Origin: an uncultured Acidimicrobiia bacterium
Lineage (GTDB): Bacteria > Actinomycetota > Acidimicrobiia > Acidimicrobiales > AC-14
Reading direction: 5' to 3'
Length of the DNA stretch: 64,000 nt
Assembly (NCBI GenBank): GCA_963836205.1
Contig: CAWIIV010000015.1
Coordinates: 64,001-128,000, forward strand
The first letter of the stretch is position 1. Each line of letters begins with the position of its first letter. A program made the position numbers and the translations under genes. Below, piece by piece: positions 56,773 through 64,000 of the stretch. The notes under the pieces are model-generated. The model ran no database searches. It saw only the letters and a program-made list of their open reading frames with translations, and was not told the DNA's origin.

Positions 56773-58202
56773 GGTCACGTCCACGGACGTGGTGTATGAC
56801 CACCACCACGTCAACCTCGGGGACTTGTTTACCCCACCTTGGCCAGGTCGGTGTCGTTGGTCGTGTCATCGAGCCCTCCGTCGATGACGATCATTCGGGC
56901 CTTGGCCAGCAGCTCGGGGGACATGTAGCGCCGGGCGACGGCCCACTCGTCGTTCTGCTCGGCCAGCACTGCCCCCACGAGGCGGATCACGGCGGCCCGG
57001 TTGGGGAAGATGCCGACCACGTCGGTGCGCCGGCGCAGCTCCTTGTTGAGCCGCTCCTGGGGGTTGTTGGACCAGATCTGGCGCCAGTGCTCCTTGGGGA
57101 AGGTGGTGAAGGCCAACAGGTCCGCCCGGGCGTCGATGAGCATCCCGGCGGCCTCGGGGTACTTGGCCACCAGCTGTTCCACCACCCGGGCGTGCTGAGC
57201 GACGACCTGGGTGGCATCGGGCTGCTCGAAGATGGTGCGCACCCCCGTGGCCACCATGGTCTGGGCCGAGCGGGGCACCTTGGAGAGCAGGTTGCGCACG
57301 AAGTGGGTCCGGCAGCGCTGCCAGGTGGCGCCCGGCAGCACCCCCGCGATGGCGGCCTTGAGGCCCTCGTGGGCGTCGGAGACGACGAGGCACACCCCCG
57401 ACAGGCCCCGGGCCACCAGTCCCCGCAGGAACGTCGTCCAGCCTGCTCCCGTCTCGGTGGTGAACACGTCCATGCCCAGGATCTCCCGGTGCCCGTCGGC
57501 GTTGACGCCGCAGGCCACGGCGCAGGCGATGTTGACGATGCGGCCCTCCTCCCGCACCTTCTGGGTCAGCGCGTCGATGGCCACGTAGGCGTAGGGCCCG
57601 GCGTCGAGGGGCCGGGAGCGGAAGGCGTCGACGGCGGCGTCGAGGCTGCGGGCCATCTCCGAGACCTGGGACTTGGAGATCCCGTCGATGCCCATGGACT
57701 GCACCAGGGCGTCCACCCGCCGGGTCGACACGCCGGCCACGTAGGCCTCGGCCACCACCGCCACCAGGGCCTTCTCCGCCCGCCGGCGGGGCTCGAGCAG
57801 CCAGTCGGGGAAGTAGCTGCCCGAGCGCAGCTTGGGCACGGCCAACTCGATGGTGCCGGCCCGGGTGTCGAAGCCACGGCCGCGGTAGCCGTTGCGGGAG
57901 TTCACCCGCTCCGGGCTGCGCTCGCCCCAGGCCGCGCCGCAGGCGTTGTCGGCCTCGGCCGACATGAGCTGCTCGGCGAAGACCTTGACCATGTCGCGGA
58001 TGACGTCGTTGCCGCCCTCGCCGTCGATGTGCTTGCGCAGCCAGGCGAGTGCGCTAAAGGTGTCAGGGACCACCGTGTTCCTCCTCAGTTGGTTGCTTGG
58101 TCTCTTCCTTCTGAGGTTGACGCGGTGGTCGTCGCGTCGGGGGGATGGTCAGGCCGTCAGGCCCTCAGCGCCGACTCGTACACCACGTCTGTGGACGCAA
58201 CT
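56773..58202 (-). mobile_element. IS256 family element (1430 bp)
   Basis: ~27-bp imperfect TIRs GGTCACGTCCACGGACGTGGTGTATGA / rc AGTTGCGTCCACAGACGTGGTGTACGA; 9-bp TSD ACGAGTGAC (56764-72, 58203-11). Confidence 0.92.
56829..58073 (-). CDS. IS256 family transposase
   Basis: RNGYR, VPKLRSGSYFP, IDA, SDAHEGL, WQRCRTHF, SNNPQERLNKELRRRT. Confidence 0.95.
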   Translation of the reverse strand: MVPDTFSALAWLRKHIDGEGGNDVIRDMVKVFAEQLMSAEADNACGAAWGERSPERVNSRNGYRGRGFDTRAGTIELAVPKLRSGSYFPDWLLEPRRRAEKALVAVVAEAYVAGVSTRRVDALVQSMGIDGISKSQVSEMARSLDAAVDAFRSRPLDAGPYAYVAIDALTQKVREEGRIVNIACAVACGVNADGHREILGMDVFTTETGAGWTTFLRGLVARGLSGVCLVVSDAHEGLKAAIAGVLPGATWQRCRTHFVRNLLSKVPRSAQTMVATGVRTIFEQPDATQVVAQHARVVEQLVAKYPEAAGMLIDARADLLAFTTFPKEHWRQIWSNNPQERLNKELRRRTDVVGIFPNRAAVIRLVGAVLAEQNDEWAVARRYMSPELLAKARMIVIDGGLDDTTNDTDLAKVG

Positions 58203-58544
58203 ACGAGTGACCCACCCCGTTCGGCGGGAGACCGCTTCCGAGGTCCGCGACAGATTCGGGTGGTAGCGCGGCACATCGAGGATTCCTGGACCCACGGCGA
58301 CCGGTCGATGGGTGCGAGCTGCGCCACGCCGAAGGAGCTTGTGTAATCACGGGCCTTCGGTGTTACCGACCAGTGCGATCGTCGGCGACGTAGGTGGGTA
58401 GCCGGCAGTATTCCCTGGTCTCGTCTCGTCGGCAGAGTAAACCGATTGGGGGTCACTTCTACCGCGGTCCCTTTGGTAATCCCAGTCAGCCTCTCGAGTA
58501 TGACACTCCACCTTTCGGACAAGAGCCATTCCCGGGAGCGGGGC

Positions 58545-60003
58545 GAGGATGTCCCGAGTTCCGTGGAACTTCGGTGGCGGCCCCGATGATCAGGCGGCTA
58601 CTTCCCCATCCTCGCACGGGGGTGCGACAACCTTCGTGACGTGAGCGTCAAGGGCGGTCCGGAGGGCGGGCAGGTGGAGAAATCCGTTCACCCGGCGGAA
58701 CTGCTTGGCCGCCTCCACCATGCCCGCCGCACACCAGCGCAGCGCCATCGTCCCGTCCCGCCAGCGCTTCACGTTGGTCGAGTGATCCCGGCAGATCTCG
58801 ATCATCGACTCGATGGCGTTGGTCGAGCGCAGCGTTCGGGCCAGCGTCGGCGGCACCCCGAGGCGGCTGACGGTGAGCGTCTCGGCCAGGCCCTCCCGCA
58901 GGCTGCCAGCGGCACCGGGGTGGCCCTTGTCCAGATCCCGGGCCAGGGCTTCGAGTGTCGCCTCGGCGGCCAACGCGTCAGCGTCGTGGTAGGCCGCTCG
59001 CATCTTGCGGGCCACCGTGGCCGCCATGTCCTTGGGCAGTCGCGACTCGACATTGCGGATCTTGTGGAGCTGGCAACGAGCCACGACCGGGTGGTCGAAC
59101 ACCGCCTTGACCGCCGCCACCAGCGCCTTTGCCCCGTCGAGCACGCACAGGATGGGCCTGGTGGTGTCCAGGCCCCGATCCCGAAGGCCGGTGAGGAGGT
59201 CCTTGACGATGGTGGCGTTCTCGGTGTCGCCCTCCACCACCCCGAGCGGGTGCTTCGTCCCGTCGATGCCGATCCCCAGTGCCACCACGCAGACGTGGTC
59301 CGCGAAGTGCACGCCGTCGATCATCAGCGCCACCAGGTCGAGGCCCGACAGGTCGGCGGCCAACATGGTGGCCAGGGCCGATTCGGTGGCGGTCACGAAC
59401 CGCCGGCTGACCGCCGACTTCGACTTCGATCGAGCTGCTGCCTCGACCCCGGTGCCGACCGGCTCGAGTCCGGCCGAGTACCGCCGAGTCGACAGCTTGG
59501 CCATCATGCGCTCCAGCGCCATCGAATCGAGCAGCTCGGTGGAGGCGAACAGGTCGTAGGCCGGCACCGCCACCTCGGCGGTTCCGTCCACGCTGCGCAT
59601 GCGCGGCCGCTGCACCGGCAACCGCCGCCCGCCGAGGGTCACCGAGCCGTCCTCGGTTCCGTGGCGGACGGCGGTTCGATCGGGATCATGGACGCCCTTG
59701 GGCCCGCAGGCGGCGGTGACGCTCTCCTGCATCATCACGTGCATGACCTGCAGCCCAGCCCCGACGGCCAAGGCGAGAAGGCCCTCGCGCACTGTCTCGG
59801 CCAGCTCGGCCATGGCCAGGCTCACGGTGTCGGGCAGGGCGAGCTCGGCGGTCGCCGCGTGCGCGGCCTTGGTCTGATAGTTCTTCTTCACTGGCGGTCC
59901 CCTCGCTGGTCGAGTGACTTGGCGGTCGCCCGACACCTACCATCCGGCAGGTCTCAGGCGGGGGACCGCCACCTCAAACTTCTACGACGACCGGGACAAC
60001 CCT
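58545..60003 (-). mobile_element. IS256 family element (1459 bp)
   Basis: Imperfect TIRs GAGGATGTCCCG... / rc AGGGTTGTCCCG...; TSD AGCGGGGC (58537-44, 60004-11). Confidence 0.9.
58590..59891 (-). CDS. IS256 family transposase
   Basis: LMIDG, VLDGAKAL, RCQLHK, RSTNAIES. Confidence 0.93.
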   Translation of the reverse strand: MKKNYQTKAAHAATAELALPDTVSLAMAELAETVREGLLALAVGAGLQVMHVMMQESVTAACGPKGVHDPDRTAVRHGTEDGSVTLGGRRLPVQRPRMRSVDGTAEVAVPAYDLFASTELLDSMALERMMAKLSTRRYSAGLEPVGTGVEAAARSKSKSAVSRRFVTATESALATMLAADLSGLDLVALMIDGVHFADHVCVVALGIGIDGTKHPLGVVEGDTENATIVKDLLTGLRDRGLDTTRPILCVLDGAKALVAAVKAVFDHPVVARCQLHKIRNVESRLPKDMAATVARKMRAAYHDADALAAEATLEALARDLDKGHPGAAGSLREGLAETLTVSRLGVPPTLARTLRSTNAIESMIEICRDHSTNVKRWRDGTMALRWCAAGMVEAAKQFRRVNGFLHLPALRTALDAHVTKVVAPPCEDGEVAA

Positions 60004-60046
60004 AGCGGGGCGGCCTGGTGGATCAGCTAGGTGCCCGACCTTCCAT

Positions 60047-60628
60047 ATGCCCAGGCTTGACCCACGACGCCTCGATGTGCAGACCGAACAACTGAGTATG
60101 CTTGAGCGCATGGCTCGGTCACCATGGGCGGCACGCGGTGTCGACCTCTGGTCAATCTCGGCAGCGGAGCGGTTCGCTCAAATCGCCGTGCATGAAAGCG
60201 GCCACGCCGTTATTGGCGTCCGGAGGGGTTTCGACGTGCTCGACGTGCAATTAGGGGATTCAAGCGATTGTCCGTCAGGGCTTGCAGCCGGCGGGACCAG
60301 GTTTGACGCCCCGAGCGGAGACCAGGTTGAACTCGCCAAGGCCCATCCGAGGAAGATTGCCCCGGTCCTATTGGCTGGTTCGCTTGCGGAACAGCTCATT
60401 CTTGGGCGATACCCGGAGGACGGGTATTTGGAGGACTTTCGCATCATGCGTATCGGATTAGGATGGATCGAAGCACTCACCGACGAGCAATGTCCGGATT
60501 TTCGCGGCCTCATGGCGCTGTCCCAACAAGTTGTACTAAGCGAAGAGCAAGCGATTCGGAAGGTTGCGACTGCACTGGTGGTGTCAAGACGATTGGATAG
60601 GCCAGAGATTCTGGAACTGGTAGCTTAA
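60047..60628 (+). CDS. Stand-alone M41-like zinc metallopeptidase
   Basis: AVHESGHAV (HExxH), LLAGSLAEQLILG, downstream D; no AAA domain. Confidence 0.7.
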   Translation: MPRLDPRRLDVQTEQLSMLERMARSPWAARGVDLWSISAAERFAQIAVHESGHAVIGVRRGFDVLDVQLGDSSDCPSGLAAGGTRFDAPSGDQVELAKAHPRKIAPVLLAGSLAEQLILGRYPEDGYLEDFRIMRIGLGWIEALTDEQCPDFRGLMALSQQVVLSEEQAIRKVATALVVSRRLDRPEILELVA

Positions 60629-60672
60629 GCTTGCATGTTTCGCGGGCCCCGACTGGGCGACTTGCCTAGGGC

Positions 60673-62073
60673 CTAGGCGCGTCCAAGGTCGATCTCTGTC
60701 CTGACGGTAAAAGGTTCCGATCGTTCTCCTATGTGTCCATCCATGTGCAAGTACACGTTTCCGGTGTGGCCGGGCCCGCCGCTTGGCTCCACCCAATCGA
60801 TGACCGCCTTGGAGAGACGGAACGATGCCACCTCGCCGTAGCGAATCTCACAGTCACCCTCGGCGATGACTTGAGCGTCACCCCGCGGCGGTTCACGCAA
60901 GTCTTCTAGCGCATGTGCCATAGCAAAGAGAACTGCGAGAACATGCGGGTCTTCTGTTGCGTAAGCATTGAGAGTCGAATCGCTAAGTGGACCGATCGGG
61001 AACTCGGCGTTTTCGGCGACTGGCCTTAGGACCTCCAACGCTGCTTGGTCTATAAGTTTGATGATGTTGTCGACCTTCAGCGGTGGTTCAGATAGACGAA
61101 TCCGTTCCGCTGCATCCCCTAACGATGCCACAGCAATGACAGATAGCTCGGCTTCAGTTATGTCGGCGAGGAGTTCGACCGCAAGCCCCTTCGACGGATC
61201 CCTATTTGCGAAGAAGGCCTTGTCCGACGTTACGAATAGTACTTCGTAGTCAGTTGCGAGTTCGAGCACGGCCAACCAGATCAGTGTGTCCTTGTACTGT
61301 TGGTTGTTCTCACCGTTGGGGGGCACCTTGTCGAGCACCCGCCGAAGCGCACTCTGCGCCTGCTTGAACGTGAATGGAACGCGCACCAGGAAGGGTTCCA
61401 GTTCTGTTAGTCGCAACGGAGCGGCGCCGACAAAATCACCCGTCGGTTGGGAGAACAGGTGCGGGGGCTGAGCGGACGACGTAGGCGGTCGAGCCCCGAC
61501 AGTTATGTCGGCGAGGAGTTCGACCGCAAGCCCCTTCGACGGATCCCTATTTGCGAAGAAGGCCTTGTCCGACGTTACGAATAGTACTTCGTAGTCAGTT
61601 GCGAGTTCGAGCACGGCCAACCAGATCAGTGTGTCCTTGTACTGTTGGTTGTTCTCACCGTTGGGGGGCACCTTGTCGAGCACCCGCCGAAGCGCACTCT
61701 GCGCCTGCTTGAACGTGAATGGAACGCGCACCAGGAAGGGTTCCAGTTCTGTTAGTCGCAACGGAGCGGCGCCGACAAAATCACCGTCGGTTGGGAGAAC
61801 AGGTGCGGGGGCTGAGCCCAAGAGACGACGTAGGCGGTCGAGCCCCGACAGAACCCCTTCGCGCGCCTTCCGACCCTCGCTCACGGCGTGAAGCTTGAGT
61901 TCCTCCTCGACGACGTAGGGAAGGCCGAGGACTCCACCCTGTTGCCGTAGCGAGTAGAGGACCGCGGCGGCCGTCGCCGATCGAAGCATGAGATGGGAAA
62001 GCCATTGGTTGGTGTCCAAGACGAGGCACAGTCGCTTGACCCCTACATCATCCGTCGGAACGGTTTCCGGCAT
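60673..62073 (-). CDS. PIN domain protein (DUF4935-like) with internal duplication
   Basis: VLDTN, VEEEL, YKDTLIW, FVTSDKAF; about 95 residues repeated verbatim. Confidence 0.78.
   Translation of the reverse strand: MPETVPTDDVGVKRLCLVLDTNQWLSHLMLRSATAAAVLYSLRQQGGVLGLPYVVEEELKLHAVSEGRKAREGVLSGLDRLRRLLGSAPAPVLPTDGDFVGAAPLRLTELEPFLVRVPFTFKQAQSALRRVLDKVPPNGENNQQYKDTLIWLAVLELATDYEVLFVTSDKAFFANRDPSKGLAVELLADITVGARPPTSSAQPPHLFSQPTGDFVGAAPLRLTELEPFLVRVPFTFKQAQSALRRVLDKVPPNGENNQQYKDTLIWLAVLELATDYEVLFVTSDKAFFANRDPSKGLAVELLADITEAELSVIAVASLGDAAERIRLSEPPLKVDNIIKLIDQAALEVLRPVAENAEFPIGPLSDSTLNAYATEDPHVLAVLFAMAHALEDLREPPRGDAQVIAEGDCEIRYGEVASFRLSKAVIDWVEPSGGPGHTGNVYLHMDGHIGERSEPFTVRTEIDLGRA
61155..61848. repeat. 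Near-perfect tandem duplication (345 bp + 349 bp)
   Basis: 61155-61499 vs 61500-61848, identical except for indels near the ends. Confidence 0.9.
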
Positions 62074-62543
62074 GCCTGCGCTTTCGCTTCCCTCCACATC
62101 GAGAGTCTGCCGTGTGTGATGTCGCCGCGCTCCTGAATGGCAGGATCCGTCCGGTTCGGCGTGTCCCGAAGCGTCCGTGCAGGTGGCCAGGCCGATGCCG
62201 GAGTGACGGTGCTGGCGGGGTTGTAGCCGAAGAACTGCTCGCAGAAGGCCCCGAGTCCGCGGATGGCCCGGGCGGGCCGGATGGACGGCCTGGTAGCGCC
62301 GATCGCGGACCTCTCCGCTGCTGGGACGCGCTACTGGGCGGGAGGTTCCACTCGGTACTCGGCCGATCTGCTTGAGATGGAGATCGATAGCGGGCACCGG
62401 TGGAGCGTCCAAGTAGAGTCTCCGACGGCTGCGCAACCGGGCACCGCCGTTCGGGCCACCGACAGCGAAGGTCGCGAAGGGGCAACCCGCACTCTTGGTT
62501 GCCCATCCCAACAGCGGCCGAGATTTTCGGCAAGCATAAGGGC

Positions 62544-63901
62544 ATGGGGCCAGCGAACACACCTGACCGGACCCCGGCCATCGATCAACCGGTGACGAGT
62601 TACCTAGCGCCCTGGGTAATTCGTAGGGCTTCGGTTGTTGTTACAATCGGAGCGGCGGCCGCGACGGTTGTGTTGGTTATCGCGCTCGTACACCCTGAGA
62701 TGTTCGTCACAGGACTTTCTGCACTCCTTCAGCCCAAGGAGCGTGCGGACATTCTGGCATCTGGCCGCGACTTCGGCCTAAAGCTGGCAGCAGGACTTGG
62801 GGCGGTTGCCGGCGCGATCTTGGCGTGGGGACGCCTTCGCTCGCCCACGAGGAGCGTAAGGTGGCGCGCCGCGTTCTTGCGGGCCAGCAAGCCACCATCG
62901 ACGCCCAACGTCTCACCTTAGATGTTGAGCGTTTCGCCGGAGCTGTAGATCAGATGGGGAGTGAGAGAGGTCCTTATGTCGTGCTCGGTGGACTCTACGC
63001 ACTTGAGGCGTTTGCCACTTCAGCCGTAACATATCAGAGTCAAATAACTGAGCTGTTGTCTGCGTTTGTGAGAGAGCAGGTACGAAACCGACCTCGCCGT
63101 CCACTAACAGTGATCGAAGTGGCAGCGCTTACGATTCTCGGCCGCAATCCCGCGTGGCAAGGAAGGATTGATCTGAACGGCGCGGACCTCGGCGGCGGGA
63201 ACTTCGGCAATATTGACTTCTCCGGCGCTAACTTTACCAGCGCCGATCTAACCGATGTCGAGCTAATAGGCGCCAGCTTAGTCGGCGTCGACTTCTCCTG
63301 CGCCAAGCTGGTCAGTGTCAATCTCGCCGACGCTATCCTAACCAATGCCGATTTCGTAGACGCCGACCTTAGCGGCGCCGTCCTGATTAACGCTGACCTC
63401 GCCGGTGCAACATTCGTGCACGCCAAACTCACCAATGGAAAGCTGGCGAACGCGAGGTTCGGGAATGCCACCTTCATGAGCGCTGACCTCACTGGTGCTC
63501 AACTCTCCAATGGTGTCCTTACGCATGCCACGCTCGAGGGCGCGATATTCACTCGCGCCGACCTTTCTCACGCCGACCTCACGGGCGCCTACCTCGATAG
63601 CACCGCCCTACGCGAAGCGACCCTTGTGAGCGCAGTCCTTGCCGACGCAGACCTGACCCGCGCTGACCTGACGAGGGCCAACCTAAGCCGCGCCAATCTC
63701 TCTGGTGCGAACCTTCACCGAGCCAATCTGACCCACGCTGACCTCACTCACGCTGACCTCACAAATGCTGATCTCAGCAACGCCGACGTGAGTGGAGCGG
63801 ACTTCACCGGCGCCATTCTGACCGATACCGACCTCGATGGCACAACCTGGAGATCCGAGCTAAGCCCGGTATGGCCGAATGGGTTCAAACCACGGCCGTG
63901 A
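62544..63901 (+). CDS. Membrane-anchored pentapeptide-repeat protein (1-bp frameshift near 62838)
   Basis: 2 TM helices (…AILAWGRL), then in another frame ERFAGAVDQMGS...LGGLYALE and many A(D/N)Lxx repeats. Confidence 0.82.
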
Positions 63902-64000
63902 GGAAAGCTCACGGGCCGACGCCCAGTACATCCCAGGCTGACCGGCATGGGTCGTCGCCGAGCCTCGTCGGGTCCGGCGACCAGGGCCGTGACCGAAACG

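Larger units (their letters stand above)
56247..58266 (+). pseudogene. Hypothetical protein gene, frameshifted and split by IS256
   Basis: ...LNNGIDGGDP... / ...AHAEDGRWSW...VRQRVT[IS]HPVRRETASEVRDRFGW-stop; the frame resumes after IS removal; start uncertain. Confidence 0.6.

Noticed and set aside
58267-58536. Short ORFs between the two IS256 elements
   Set aside because: No motifs or codon bias; probably degraded intergenic DNA.

Overview
High-GC actinobacterial chromosomal window (gene content and synteny suggest an Acidimicrobiia-like organism; this is inference). About 1-49.5 kb is mostly core and accessory housekeeping: khtTU K+/H+ antiporter, MFS transporter, ECF sigma/anti-sigma with a cupredoxin, mtnA, SRAP, gcvT-PA-PB, the conserved pgsA2-manC/manB-gcvH-garA-merR-DUF151-merR cluster (here with hpt, a PD-(D/E)XK-like protein and an S8 peptidase added), hisN, an M23 peptidase, thiolase, a PknB-like kinase, a GAF two-component system, SDR-queA-like genes, an Rpf-like protein and ndh. 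An IS110 element (38897-40662, CT core) is inserted exactly at a stop codon. Its 3' non-coding end folds into a two-loop bridge-RNA-like structure whose loops match its own donor junction and its reconstructed target site. From about 53 kb there is a mobile-element hotspot: a ~2.9 kb element bounded by inverted repeats that encodes an intact tyrosine recombinase, an HTH protein and a catalytically degenerate Zn-finger recombinase; two IS256 elements with target-site duplications; and a lower-GC cargo block (M41-like peptidase, PIN protein with an internal duplication, pentapeptide-repeat protein). Several single-base homopolymer frameshifts suggest long-read sequencing errors. All functional calls come from motif recognition; no database searches were run.
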